A DNA stretch of 64,000 nt from a virus (Duplodnaviria; Heunggongvirae; Uroviricota; Caudoviricetes): the IMG/VR virus record IMGVR_UViG_3300043436_001089; one strand, written 5' to 3'. The notes under the pieces were generated by a model. It was given only the letters and a program-made list of their open reading frames with translations. It was not told the origin of the DNA and made no database searches. Within the stretch, counting starts at the first letter, position 1; each line of letters begins with the position of its first letter. Positions 17,101 to 26,987 of this stretch are shown piece by piece. Position numbers and translations under genes: made by a program.

Positions 17101-18684
17101 TCAACTTTTTTGGTTACTTAAATAATCCTCAACTTGCTGTTTTTCTGCGTCAGATAGTAAGTCAATATCGTACTCGCCCAATTCTATACGTTCAATTAAA
17201 AACTTGATGTATTCTTGATCGTAGAGATAGGTATCCGACTGTTCCTTGTTGATTTCTATCCATTTGCGTCCGTCAAATTTGTATACCTTATTAGGTAGTA
17301 CATCTACACGGACACGGATATCACCTTTGTTTGCTGTTTTGGGAAAGTCAGTACCAAAACTAGTTGTAATATTGTTAGTAGAGTCTGCGGTTAACATGAA
17401 CAGTTCGGGCTTCATGTTCTTTAGCACATCTCTGTGCATATGCTTGCCCTCATATGTTACGTAGTCCCCGTGTTCTTCGTAAGGTTTTTTCTTTTCCGTA
17501 GTGACATTACTGGTAATGATTTCTGATTCGACTAATGGTTCTACAGTTTCAGGTTCTCCGGGTACATCACATTTAATGTTCGGACATACTAAACCTATAC
17601 CAGGTGCATCTACTAACACCGTGTTGCATTTTAGACATTCAATTACCGTATCTTCTTCAACAAGAATTGTTTCTGGGACTACATAATCGTCAAAGTCCTT
17701 AGGGTGCTCTCCGGAATCAACAAACTTCATAGGTTCTTTAGGTGGTATAATCTCGGGTACTTCTTTTTCTATCTCTGCTAATTTATCGTTCGCTTCGGCT
17801 ACTAGTCTAGCTTCTTCATCTGCATCCAATCCTCTAGCAATTAGCTTACTGCTAGTAAAGAAATCCTCGACTTCTTTTTCAGGTTCTTCATCATCCCATT
17901 CTTTACTTGCATTAGCCGCAAGAACAAGTGCAATAGCTAGTGGATCAAACACAATAACTAATAGGATAATAACCCAACGTACTGCCGCTTCTAGTGTATT
18001 GTTATCAGCATTTTCACCGTAAATCAATGCGGCAATATATTTGATAGGTCCAACTTCTGCTTCTATCTTACGATTCTCTGCCGCAATAGGTGCTCGTTCT
18101 TCATTTAGTTTAGCAATTTCTTTTTGAGCATCACCAATTTCTTTTTGTAGTTTAGTGCGTTCGCCTGTTTGTTGTCTACGAATCTGTACGGCACGTTCAG
18201 CACTATTCTCGCTATCACCACGACTTAATCGTTGGTCAACCTGATTGTCCATTTGAGTTAATGCTTTGCGGGCTAACTCAATGTTATCTCGTTGTGTCTT
18301 AATCTTTTCATCATATAGTGATAGTTTGGCTTGACTATCACCGGTACTGATACCATGTTCCATGTGAGCCTTTGACAAGAAGCCAAAGATACCCATAGAG
18401 GTCAGTAACGCTAATGCAATAACCGCAGGCACTAGATAGAGCTTAAGCATGAAGCCACAACGTTTCCAGTACTTACGTAGCCAAACAGTTGTAGTGATTT
18501 TTCCTACCTCAAGTATACCCCCCATGATGATAACAGGAATAACCGCACCTGCAAAGATAGCGGTTAAACCGATGATACTATACCAGGCAGCTACCGAACT
18601 AAGTGATAGTGCTACTAATAGTGTGAGGTTGGAAAAACTTGTAAACTTCTTGAACATGCTATATTTATCAATCTTCCAAACCAA
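17101..18684 (-). CDS. Polytopic membrane protein with central coiled-coil and acidic C-terminal domain
   Basis: Several N-terminal TM helices. A long coiled-coil region (KLQKEIGDAQKEIAKLNEE). A second hydrophobic block. A C-terminal soluble domain with CxxC ... CxxxxC. Confidence 0.5.
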   Translation of the reverse strand: MVWKIDKYSMFKKFTSFSNLTLLVALSLSSVAAWYSIIGLTAIFAGAVIPVIIMGGILEVGKITTTVWLRKYWKRCGFMLKLYLVPAVIALALLTSMGIFGFLSKAHMEHGISTGDSQAKLSLYDEKIKTQRDNIELARKALTQMDNQVDQRLSRGDSENSAERAVQIRRQQTGERTKLQKEIGDAQKEIAKLNEERAPIAAENRKIEAEVGPIKYIAALIYGENADNNTLEAAVRWVIILLVIVFDPLAIALVLAANASKEWDDEEPEKEVEDFFTSSKLIARGLDADEEARLVAEANDKLAEIEKEVPEIIPPKEPMKFVDSGEHPKDFDDYVVPETILVEEDTVIECLKCNTVLVDAPGIGLVCPNIKCDVPGEPETVEPLVESEIITSNVTTEKKKPYEEHGDYVTYEGKHMHRDVLKNMKPELFMLTADSTNNITTSFGTDFPKTANKGDIRVRVDVLPNKVYKFDGRKWIEINKEQSDTYLYDQEYIKFLIERIELGEYDIDLLSDAEKQQVEDYLSNQKS

Positions 18685-18883
18685 ATAAATGACCGTACAA
18701 TGAGATAAACTCTTTCATAATTATTACATGTTTCTGTGGTAAACCCCTACCTTGTGTGATATGATAAGTAACCCATGGCACTAAACCATCTATTTCACTA
18801 TCTCGTTGCTTAATCTGTATTACCTCAATTTTATTACCATCTTCAAAGATAAAATACTTACCTACTAATTCTTCAGGTGTCAT
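18668..18883 (-). CDS. Hypothetical small protein
   Basis: 71-aa ORF overlapping the stop of the upstream gene. Confidence 0.35.
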   Translation of the reverse strand: MTPEELVGKYFIFEDGNKIEVIQIKQRDSEIDGLVPWVTYHITQGRGLPQKHVIIMKEFISLYGHLFGLED

Positions 18884-19398
18884 TCACTACCTTCTTTCGG
18901 TGGGCTAAAAGGCCACTTAGCAGTAGGTTCTAGCTTCAACGGTTCTGTAGTTTCTTCATCGTGTGACCCGGTGATGATAGGTTCTTCGGTACCTTCTCCG
19001 TCTGTTCGTGTAATTTCTAAATCACAATCAATAATCATTTCACACTCATCTTGACTCCAACCATGTTCTTCTAAGTCAAGCCAAGAATTACCTTCTTCAA
19101 AGAATTCTTCAATCCATTCAGTAGTTTCATCATCGCAGTCATCGGTGTCAACTTCTTCCCAACACCCGTCACTTGTTTCAACAAGTTCAGATTCGTATCC
19201 GCAGTCATAGATATCAACACCGGCTTCAATGTTAGGCGGATTATCATCATCTGTGTATACAGTGAATTCTCCCCATCTCCACCCCGTTTCAATCATTACA
19301 GTATTACCGTCTTTAGTTAGATAATTGCGCTCAAGTATTGATTTCTTCCATGTTGGTTTTACACTCCATTCAGCCATTTTAGTTCTCCTCTTCTTCAC
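18880..19398 (-). CDS. Highly acidic hypothetical protein (D/E-rich, Trp-rich)
   Basis: 172 aa with long D/E runs (EVDTDDCDDETTEWIEEFFEEG). It is a candidate DNA-mimic type protein. Confidence 0.45.
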   Translation of the reverse strand: MKKRRTKMAEWSVKPTWKKSILERNYLTKDGNTVMIETGWRWGEFTVYTDDDNPPNIEAGVDIYDCGYESELVETSDGCWEEVDTDDCDDETTEWIEEFFEEGNSWLDLEEHGWSQDECEMIIDCDLEITRTDGEGTEEPIITGSHDEETTEPLKLEPTAKWPFSPPKEGSE

Positions 19399-20035
19399 GA
19401 CTATCCATCATAACCCAACTTTCACCGCAATCAGGGCAGTAGTAACCGCTCTCTTTGATTTCAGGTAGTTCACTTTCTTTATGCATCATACCGCAACTGA
19501 AACAAGGAACAGCTTCCTCTTCGTCAGCGGCTTCTTTAGCCCATCGTGCGGCACGTTCATCAGATTCTTTCTTCTTCTGAATACCAAATTCAGTTAGTTC
19601 AGTATCACTTTCACAATACTTACAAACTCTTTTGGCTTCGTCTAAGTCATTGCCATCACTGTCTTGCCATTGCCAATCAGCTTCGTACTCACTGCCTTCC
19701 CACTTACAGTTAGTACACTTGTGTGTTGGTGGGTCGGGTTCAGGTTCGTGATGCCAACTAGATTCATCACCTAGTTCGTATGTAACATCATACCCACCTT
19801 TGCGGTCAGTCCAGCAGTCATCGTATTGAAAGTCCCATTCAATCTCTACGTCATTTTCGTAGGCATCATTGATAACTTCTTCGTAATCAACTTCACCTGA
19901 TTCAATGTCTGCGAGTTTCTGTGCAATCTCATCCTCATCCAAGTCAGGATAGATTTCACTCAATAAGTCTTCATCAAGTTCAATAGCATATTGTCTATCG
20001 TGTTGATGCCATTCATGTTTTACAATTGTTACCAT
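19379..20035 (-). CDS. Highly acidic hypothetical protein with multiple CxxC zinc-ribbon pairs
   Basis: 218 aa with CTNC...CKYC...CFSCG...CPDC and a very high D/E content. Confidence 0.45.
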   Translation of the reverse strand: MVTIVKHEWHQHDRQYAIELDEDLLSEIYPDLDEDEIAQKLADIESGEVDYEEVINDAYENDVEIEWDFQYDDCWTDRKGGYDVTYELGDESSWHHEPEPDPPTHKCTNCKWEGSEYEADWQWQDSDGNDLDEAKRVCKYCESDTELTEFGIQKKKESDERAARWAKEAADEEEAVPCFSCGMMHKESELPEIKESGYYCPDCGESWVMMDSREEEEN

Positions 20036-20095
20036 AACTGCTCCTTAATTTAAATTAATTGTACACTGCTATGATAACAATGTAAACTATAATGG

Positions 20096-21940
20096 TTATA
20101 CTACTTTAGCATCTACTACCGTGTCATCATTGGGTTTGTTTTTAGCTTCCATTAATGGTTGTGCCGCAACATACAATTCGCTGACTGTTTGGGTAATCTG
20201 TTCCTTATCTTCGTTATTGATAGCTTCTTGAACCTTAGTGATAGCTTGTTCAACGGTATCTTTAACGTCTTGTGAAACAGTAGTTTCTTCAAGGTCTTTG
20301 CGGATAGAATGAATTTGTGCTTCTGCGGAGTTTTTAGCCTCCACAATCTCACGTTTCTTTTTATCAGCTTCTGCATTATCCTCAGCATCTTTAACCATTT
20401 GCTGAATTTCTGCTTCACTTAGACCACTGTTACTCTTAATAGTAATCTTGTTTTCTTTACCAGTGTTCTTATCTTTAGCTGAAACATGCATGATACCGTT
20501 TGCGTCAATATCAAGTGTAACTTCAATCTGAGGTTGTCCACGGCGTGCAGGCGCAATACCTTCTAGGTTAAACTCACCCAACAACTTATTATGTTGAACA
20601 AATTCACGTTCACCTTGGAATGCTTTGATAGTAACTGCAGGTTGATTGTCTTCCGCAGTACTGAATACTTGACTGTGCTTTGTAGGGATAGTTGTATTCT
20701 TCTGAATCAACTTAGTCATAACCCCACCCATTGTTTCAATACCCAAACTCAATGGAGTAACGTCAAGCAACAATACATCTTTGCGTTCACCACTTAGAAC
20801 AGCACCTTGAATTGCGGCACCAGCGGCTACTGCTTCGTCTGGGTTAACGTCTTTGCGTGGAGCCTTACCAAATAGTTTCTCAACTGTTTCTTGAACCTTA
20901 GGCATACGGGTCATACCACCAACAAGGATAACCTCGTCAATATCACTAGCACTTACGCCTGCATCTTTCAATGCTGTCTTGCAAGGAAGGACACTTCGCT
21001 GAATCAATTCTTCAACTAGTTGTTCCAACTTCGCACGATTGATGCTAATGTTCATGTGCTTAGGCCCACTTGCATCAGCGGTGACGTATGGCAAATTGAC
21101 ACTTGTTTGTTGACTACTAGACAATTCAATCTTGGCTTTCTCAGCGGCTTCTTTCAATCGTTGCAATGCTAATACATCTTTAGTCAAGTCAACACCTGAC
21201 TCTTTTCTAAATTCATCTACCAAGTAGTCCATGATGCGCTGGTCAAAATCTTCACCACCTAAGAACGTATCACCGTTTGTAGATAGTACTTCAATCTGCT
21301 TTTCACCATCAACGTTAGCAATCTCAATAATTGAAACGTCAAATGTACCGCCACCCAAGTCGTACACTGCAATCTTACGATCTTCTTTGTCTTGTTTGTC
21401 AACACCGTATGCCAAAGCCGCCGCAGTAGGTTCGTTAATGATACGCAATACTTCAAGACCTGCAATTTTACCTGCGTCTTTAGTTGCTTGTCGTTGACTG
21501 TCATTGAAATATGCAGGGACTGTGATAACAGCTTGAGTGACTGCGTGACCGAGATAATCTTCTGCGGTGGTTTTCATCTTACGCAATACTTCTGCACTGA
21601 TGCCTGGTGGTGCAAGATCCTTGTCATCTACTTTCACCCAAGCATCACCGTTGTTAGCTTCAACGATTTTGTAGGGCATCAAATTAATATCTTTTTGTAC
21701 AGCTTCTTCTTTGAACTTGCGCCCAATTAGTCGCTTTGCCGCATAGATAGTATTTTTAGGATTAGTAACAGCTTGTCGTTTTGCTGATGCGCCAACTAGA
21801 ATTTCATCATTGGCGTAAGCAACAATAGAGGGTGTAGTTCTAGCACCTTCACTGTTTTCGATAACTTTGGGGATTCCGTTTTCAATAACGGCTACACATG
21901 AATTGGTTGTACCGAGGTCGATACCGATTACTTTGCTCAT
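20096..21940 (-). CDS. dnaK: Molecular chaperone DnaK (Hsp70)
   Basis: 614 aa. [16 protein letters not shown], the substrate-binding domain and the C-terminal lid are all conserved. It is bacterial type. Confidence 0.92.
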   Translation of the reverse strand: MSKVIGIDLGTTNSCVAVIENGIPKVIENSEGARTTPSIVAYANDEILVGASAKRQAVTNPKNTIYAAKRLIGRKFKEEAVQKDINLMPYKIVEANNGDAWVKVDDKDLAPPGISAEVLRKMKTTAEDYLGHAVTQAVITVPAYFNDSQRQATKDAGKIAGLEVLRIINEPTAAALAYGVDKQDKEDRKIAVYDLGGGTFDVSIIEIANVDGEKQIEVLSTNGDTFLGGEDFDQRIMDYLVDEFRKESGVDLTKDVLALQRLKEAAEKAKIELSSSQQTSVNLPYVTADASGPKHMNISINRAKLEQLVEELIQRSVLPCKTALKDAGVSASDIDEVILVGGMTRMPKVQETVEKLFGKAPRKDVNPDEAVAAGAAIQGAVLSGERKDVLLLDVTPLSLGIETMGGVMTKLIQKNTTIPTKHSQVFSTAEDNQPAVTIKAFQGEREFVQHNKLLGEFNLEGIAPARRGQPQIEVTLDIDANGIMHVSAKDKNTGKENKITIKSNSGLSEAEIQQMVKDAEDNAEADKKKREIVEAKNSAEAQIHSIRKDLEETTVSQDVKDTVEQAITKVQEAINNEDKEQITQTVSELYVAAQPLMEAKNKPNDDTVVDAKVV

Positions 21941-22024
21941 ATTTTTCTCCTTTTTAAAAGCAAGATTCCATACAGCCCCAAACGGGCACTGTATAGAATT
22001 ATTTATTCCTGTAAAAACAGTAAT

Positions 22025-22183
22025 TTATATATGTTTTTTTACTCTAGCAATAACTTCTTTTGCTTCTGCCATATCACTAGATTCTAACAGAGCCTCAGTC
22101 ATTGTGTCAATAAAACTATACCAGTTTCGGTACTCTTGTTTCCAACTGATATTGTATTGTGTGAAAAAATCTTTATCGTTCAT
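22025..22183 (-). CDS. Small hypothetical protein (52 aa, below track cutoff)
   Basis: MNDKDFFTQYNISWKQEYRNWYSF... was read manually from the minus strand. It fills the gap downstream of the dnaK upstream region. Confidence 0.25.
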   Translation of the reverse strand: MNDKDFFTQYNISWKQEYRNWYSFIDTMTEALLESSDMAEAKEVIARVKKHI

Positions 22184-22354
22184 GTTATGCCTTTAGAATG
22201 TCTAGCATTTCTTGTTTGTTTTGATTGATATAAGCCTGTGCCACCATTATCATAAACTCAGCATGTTCTAAACTTATAGGGATAACAACTCTTTCACCAC
22301 GCTCAATTTCTTTGAGCAATGCTAATCGTTCCCATTCAGTGTGTGGAATCATTC

Positions 22355-22594
22355 TTAAACTCCGAAATGGTCTTTAATCTCTTGAATAGGATGTAGGTAT
22401 TCTTCACCGGGTCTGCTCATTCTAACAGTATATGGACTAATAATATCAATACATTCTATAATAATCAACTCGGCGAATTTTTCAAACACTACTTGAGGAT
22501 CTGGTGGAACATAAACTTCCCAATCCTCGTAACCTGATTGTTTCTTGGCCTGATATTCTGCTCGTTCGATAAGTAATTTAATTCGTTTGTTCAT
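22355..22594 (-). CDS. Hypothetical protein
   Basis: 79 aa with an ATGA overlap to the ligase stop. Confidence 0.4.
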   Translation of the reverse strand: MNKRIKLLIERAEYQAKKQSGYEDWEVYVPPDPQVVFEKFAELIIIECIDIISPYTVRMSRPGEEYLHPIQEIKDHFGV

Positions 22595-23940
22595 TTGTCA
22601 TCCCTAAAACGAACAAAGCGAGGGAAACGCAAACTGTATGTACCATCTTGGTTCTGTGTAATCACATCGCACAAGACCTCAGCAGTGCGGCCAATGACCA
22701 GATTACGATTCCCCCAATAATCGTCTCGGTCAGTATCGCTAAAACCACTACCAACGTTGACGGAAATTTCTTTTCCGTCATCCACACCTGCACAAACAAG
22801 TGCTCCCAAGCGTCCTTGATTTCTTCCAGTACCTTCTTCAACACCTACGACCTCCAAGTCTACAGTAATAGTGGGCTTCCACTTCATCCAATCAGTACTA
22901 CGCTTGCACTGATATGGGGCATCCATGTTCTTAATCATAATGCCTTCGAACCCTGCGTTCACATTGTCTTTAGCATAACGCTCAAGTTGATCCTTACCAG
23001 CCGCAGTATCAAGGTCGACCATGATGTGTGGCAGTAGTTCAACGTTAGGCATATTGTGAATCACGGCTCGCATATTATCAAGTAATGCAATACGCTTACG
23101 CAATGGTGCGTTCCAGTGACCACGACGGAAGTCTTCTAGTGGAACAATGTCAAAGATATTGAATACACTGTCATCGGCTTGTACGTCACTTTTACGGCGT
23201 GCTTGTCGCATAAGTTCTTGGAACGTATTGCCAATCACCTCACCGTCAAGTACAAAACCATTAATCAAACTGCGACCTTGATCGGCACCTACACAAGCAC
23301 GAACAATCGTAGTAAAATTATCCCGAATTTGTTCTTCAATGTGACTGAAATTGTCAAACTGTTTGCCATTGCGGCTGTAACAGATAGTAGTCACCTCACC
23401 ATCATCACTAGGGATAACAACAAACAACGCACGAACACCATCAAGCTTAGGCTCAAGACGTTTGTTGCCCTTCATTTCAGGACGACCTTCGCTATTAGTT
23501 GCTAGTTGACACCCAAAGATTGGGATTTCGTATTCAGTCTTTTTGACAATCTTATTGATTGTAGTAGATGAAATGCCAGCCCGCATGTCTCTACGCAATA
23601 CAGGAGCACAGAATGTATTCCATTCTTCGCTATTGAACCGCTCTGCCATTTCTTGAATAGCATCACGTGCGGCATGACCAGTCAACTTGCGATAACTCAA
23701 GTCAAGCAACAGGTCATTAAATTGACTCCAGGGGTTTTCAGCATTAATGATGCCAACTGTGTCAGGGATTTGTTTGACACCGAATGTTACATAGGGATTG
23801 TAACAGGCTTTAAGAAAGCCAAGAAATACTTGTGCGTTTGTACTACCGAGAACAGTAGCCTCAAGTGCTTGTTTGAGTACATCTTCCTTGTGAAGACGAC
23901 TATCTGATTCATTAAGTTTGTTGATCCACGATGCTGACAT
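22591..23940 (-). CDS. ATP-dependent DNA ligase
   Basis: Motif I is EPKLDGVRAL (KxDGxR). Nucleotidyltransferase and OB-fold segments follow. 449 aa. Confidence 0.8.
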   Translation of the reverse strand: MSASWINKLNESDSRLHKEDVLKQALEATVLGSTNAQVFLGFLKACYNPYVTFGVKQIPDTVGIINAENPWSQFNDLLLDLSYRKLTGHAARDAIQEMAERFNSEEWNTFCAPVLRRDMRAGISSTTINKIVKKTEYEIPIFGCQLATNSEGRPEMKGNKRLEPKLDGVRALFVVIPSDDGEVTTICYSRNGKQFDNFSHIEEQIRDNFTTIVRACVGADQGRSLINGFVLDGEVIGNTFQELMRQARRKSDVQADDSVFNIFDIVPLEDFRRGHWNAPLRKRIALLDNMRAVIHNMPNVELLPHIMVDLDTAAGKDQLERYAKDNVNAGFEGIMIKNMDAPYQCKRSTDWMKWKPTITVDLEVVGVEEGTGRNQGRLGALVCAGVDDGKEISVNVGSGFSDTDRDDYWGNRNLVIGRTAEVLCDVITQNQDGTYSLRFPRFVRFRDDK

Positions 23941-24479
23941 TATTCTTTATCTCCAAATGGCCATGCTGTTGTTGCTACAAAAGGGGGCCGGGGTTTCAAT
24001 TCAATCACTTCAATAGACTCATTATACACGTTTTCGTCTATTTTGTCAACCGTGAAGGGTCCGTAAATAGTAATACTATCTTCTTCTACTTCCCAATCAT
24101 GCTCTCCGTCATATAACCAAGCCGCTCCACTTCTCCCGTATTCATCATTTGGGTCACCCTCATACCAGAGTTTTTCAACTTCGGCTTTTTCTTCGTCAGT
24201 AAAACTGTCATCGAATTCAAACCAACAGGCACAGAGGTCATCGAGTTCACAACCCCAACCAATTGTAGGATCTACGTAATGAGACTTGTCATCACTGTAG
24301 GGTAGTTCGTCTTCATTCTCAACAAAGCCCTGACCCCAACGATACGTTTCTTTAACACTCCAACCTTTGATAGTACCATCGGGCATTCGCTTGAACACAT
24401 CATAAAATGCCTCGATTGATTTTTTATCGGTTGGTTTAATACGGTATAAGATGCTCATGTCGGTACTTTCAATATTCAT
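23940..24479 (-). CDS. Hypothetical acidic protein
   Basis: 179 aa, Trp- and Glu-rich. Confidence 0.45.
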   Translation of the reverse strand: MNIESTDMSILYRIKPTDKKSIEAFYDVFKRMPDGTIKGWSVKETYRWGQGFVENEDELPYSDDKSHYVDPTIGWGCELDDLCACWFEFDDSFTDEEKAEVEKLWYEGDPNDEYGRSGAAWLYDGEHDWEVEEDSITIYGPFTVDKIDENVYNESIEVIELKPRPPFVATTAWPFGDKE

Positions 24480-24487
24480 ATCAATGC

Positions 24488-24802
24488 TTAAAAAGGGATA
24501 TCGTCATCCATATCGTGAAACACTACTGGCTCACGCTTGGGTGCAACATAGTCAGGGTTGTGGAAGTTATCAAACACCTCTTGGTAGTCACCTCGTAACC
24601 TATCTTGATTGTCTGATAGAATGTCAGTCATATCTAGATTAGTCCAAGGACGATCTGGGTGCCAGATAGTTACATATCCATTATAGAATGTGCCTGCCCA
24701 AGCACCGTTGACTACATAAAATTCAAAATGTGTAGGTGAATGCTCTTGCTCAAGTTCAACTAGCAGACTCGGATGATCTACGGTGCCTAACATCAATCTC
24801 AT
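24488..24802 (-). CDS. Hypothetical protein
   Basis: 104-aa coding-strand ORF. Confidence 0.4.
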   Translation of the reverse strand: MRLMLGTVDHPSLLVELEQEHSPTHFEFYVVNGAWAGTFYNGYVTIWHPDRPWTNLDMTDILSDNQDRLRGDYQEVFDNFHNPDYVAPKREPVVFHDMDDDIPF

Positions 24803-24805
24803 ACA

Positions 24806-25216
24806 TCACCAACTTGAATTGTAAAATACTTTGAGACCCAAAAACAATTCTGCTTTAGCATCAACACAAAACTTGAGGTCTGTTTCGTAGTACATGTTGT
24901 CACTAGGCTTACCAAAGAAGAATCCTTCAGTAAAAGGAAGTTGACCATGACGCACTGCATTTTCAAGTTCGTCAACATCTTCCCAAGTCAATTCAAGTTC
25001 AATATTATTGAAGGTAGACATGTCCTCAGGATTTTTCTTCTGCCACAATTGTTCCATCCAACCATGCAATGAGGGATGTTTACGCCAGTACGCAAGTTCT
25101 ACTGGCTTACTTACAGGACCAACTAACTCTTTAGTCTGTTCATCCCAATGAGATTTTTCATAAAATTCATCACGTTGACCGGAACGACCAGCGTATGCGT
25201 ACATATCAAGTCCCAT
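24806..25216 (-). CDS. Hypothetical protein
   Basis: 136-aa ORF. Confidence 0.45.
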   Translation of the reverse strand: MGLDMYAYAGRSGQRDEFYEKSHWDEQTKELVGPVSKPVELAYWRKHPSLHGWMEQLWQKKNPEDMSTFNNIELELTWEDVDELENAVRHGQLPFTEGFFFGKPSDNMYYETDLKFCVDAKAELFLGLKVFYNSSW

Positions 25217-25217
25217 T

Positions 25218-25343
25218 TAGTTCACCTGTTCAATAGTTACTTCTTTAATCTTGTCTACGCCCCTGTCAGCCATTTTAGCAATGCCACTAAAGCCTACAGT
25301 TGCGATAACAATACCTACGATAACACCTGCAATAAAATTCATA
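25218..25343 (-). CDS. Small single-TM peptide (41 aa, below track cutoff)
   Basis: MNFIAGVIVGIVIATVGFSGIAKMADRG... was read manually. It fits exactly between its neighbours. Confidence 0.25.
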
Positions 25344-26087
25344 TTATAACACCTTTACACGACCAAGTTGAGTAGAATTATCACGTTGAGTTTTGACGAC
25401 ACCCTGAATAGTGAGCATAGTACCAATGTCATATTGTGTTTTATGTGCAAAGAAAACAACTTGATCCTCAGTAGTGATACCGGTGATGTACCAAGTGTTC
25501 CACTTGTTGCTCCACAATTGTTTCAGTACTTCAATATTAACTGTTACCTTGTCAGCAAGATTGCCAACAAAGCCACCGCATGCAAAATTGATACGGCGAT
25601 CAACATCATCACGCTTGCTAGATTTTTCGTAACTCTGTGGAAGACTTACAACAACCGCAAGTTGGTACGTGCTAGTAATCATATCGTTAGTAGCAAACTC
25701 CATTGCATTCTTTGCAAAGTCAGTCAGTGCTTTACCTTCAATAACCTTGAAAGTAAGTCCCTTGTAATACTTGCGCACAAGGTCACCTTGCAGTCGGTCG
25801 GCATCGGTGATTAGTGTTTGATCCTTTAGTGCTTCCTCAGCGAGTTGTCGATTGGTCTTTTGTGTAGTGCCAGGGGCAATAGCTTTGATGTACGAACCGT
25901 TGATTCGTTGTGCCGCACATGATGCCGCAAACACATCGTCAGTAGTGTAACCAATTTTTGTAACACGGGGTGTAGATTTTACTGGGCGCTTCCAGTATAC
26001 GGGACGGGGTTCGTCATAATCATCAGTATGACCCATCCGGCGAACATCTTCGTATGTCATACCACTAACGTCAACAAATCCTGGCAT
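25344..26087 (-). CDS. Hypothetical protein
   Basis: 247-aa ORF with no motif recognised. Confidence 0.5.
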   Translation of the reverse strand: MPGFVDVSGMTYEDVRRMGHTDDYDEPRPVYWKRPVKSTPRVTKIGYTTDDVFAASCAAQRINGSYIKAIAPGTTQKTNRQLAEEALKDQTLITDADRLQGDLVRKYYKGLTFKVIEGKALTDFAKNAMEFATNDMITSTYQLAVVVSLPQSYEKSSKRDDVDRRINFACGGFVGNLADKVTVNIEVLKQLWSNKWNTWYITGITTEDQVVFFAHKTQYDIGTMLTIQGVVKTQRDNSTQLGRVKVL

Positions 26088-26096
26088 GTTTACTCC

Positions 26097-26354
26097 TTAA
26101 GCAAATTCGTAAAACTTAACAGATGGATCCAACTTTTGCAATTCACGTGCCGCCTTTGTCAATTCATTGTAACGGGCTTGAACAATACTACGGGGCAGTT
26201 CACCATCACAAGATAAATTCTCAGGACTCAAGTCACAATCAATACTATCGGCAATCTTTTGACGGTCAACTGCACTATCCAAAGTAAGTGCTTTGGCACC
26301 AAAGATTGTAGCGTATGCGTTCTTGCGATCCAGATACTTTTTTAATGCTGACAT
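26097..26354 (-). CDS. Hypothetical small protein (promoter copy e upstream)
   Basis: 85 aa with Shine-Dalgarno AAAGGAAA. Confidence 0.45.
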   Translation of the reverse strand: MSALKKYLDRKNAYATIFGAKALTLDSAVDRQKIADSIDCDLSPENLSCDGELPRSIVQARYNELTKAARELQKLDPSVKFYEFA

Positions 26355-26376
26355 TTCGTTTCCTTTTCTTTACTGT

Positions 26377-26405
26377 CTAAGATTCTATTATAGCACCAAA
26401 CCCAT
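26377..26405 (-). promoter_or_regulatory. Sigma70-consensus promoter copy e
   Basis: attata at 26377-26382, a 17-nt spacer, tgtcaa at 26400-26405. Conserved flank ctgtctaagattct. Confidence 0.6.
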
Positions 26406-26416
26406 TTATTGTCAAA

Positions 26417-26677
26417 TTACATTGACCAATACGTTTCGCTAGCAGGGTTGCAACAGTTAGGAGTGTCTGCATCAATCTCAATCAACTTACCGGTCATGAG
26501 ATTTTTGACTGTCTTTTTAGGAAACTGAAAGTTGGGGTTGAGAACCTTAAAAGCTTCCAAAGTCTTAGCAGGTTGTGCTAATGGATTCTGCGCAATAAAT
26601 TGCAATGTTTCCATCAAATTCATACCCAAGAACTGTGCTTCTTTTTGAATCTGTTTCAGTGCTGTTTCTGCTTTCAT
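26417..26677 (-). CDS. Hypothetical small protein (promoter copy f upstream)
   Basis: 86 aa with Shine-Dalgarno AAAGGA. Confidence 0.45.
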   Translation of the reverse strand: MKAETALKQIQKEAQFLGMNLMETLQFIAQNPLAQPAKTLEAFKVLNPNFQFPKKTVKNLMTGKLIEIDADTPNCCNPASETYWSM

Positions 26678-26709
26678 TTCATGTCCTTTAGTTAACTGTC
26701 TATGTATGT

Positions 26710-26738
26710 ATTATATACCCAAACTGATTTATTGTCAA
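26710..26738 (-). promoter_or_regulatory. Sigma70-consensus promoter copy f
   Basis: attata at 26710-26715, a 17-nt spacer, tgtcaa at 26733-26738. Confidence 0.65.
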
Positions 26739-26974
26739 ATTTTGGACACGCCTAGACGGAATTTATTTAGAACATCAGTGGCTTCCTGTACGGAACCTGA
26801 CAATGATTGTGAGAGGTCTAGAATCTCAATTGAATACATTTGTAGTAAATTTACAACATATTCCTGAATGTATACTTCTTGCTTAGTATACCAAGAACGA
26901 AATCCTGCAACACCTTGCTCGGCGAGAGTTTCTTGGATGAACTTGATGTTGTTCAAGTCGCGGGCTTCTGACAT
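26735..26974 (-). CDS. Hypothetical small protein (promoter copy g upstream)
   Basis: 79-aa ORF. Confidence 0.45.
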   Translation of the reverse strand: MSEARDLNNIKFIQETLAEQGVAGFRSWYTKQEVYIQEYVVNLLQMYSIEILDLSQSLSGSVQEATDVLNKFRLGVSKI

Positions 26975-26987
26975 AGATCACCTGTTT

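Noticed and set aside
21941-22030. Sigma32 heat-shock or T4-late-type (TATAAATA) promoter upstream of dnaK
   Set aside because: TATATAAAT-like strings occur, but this genome is so AT-rich that such matches are expected by chance. No recurrent motif was found to support them.
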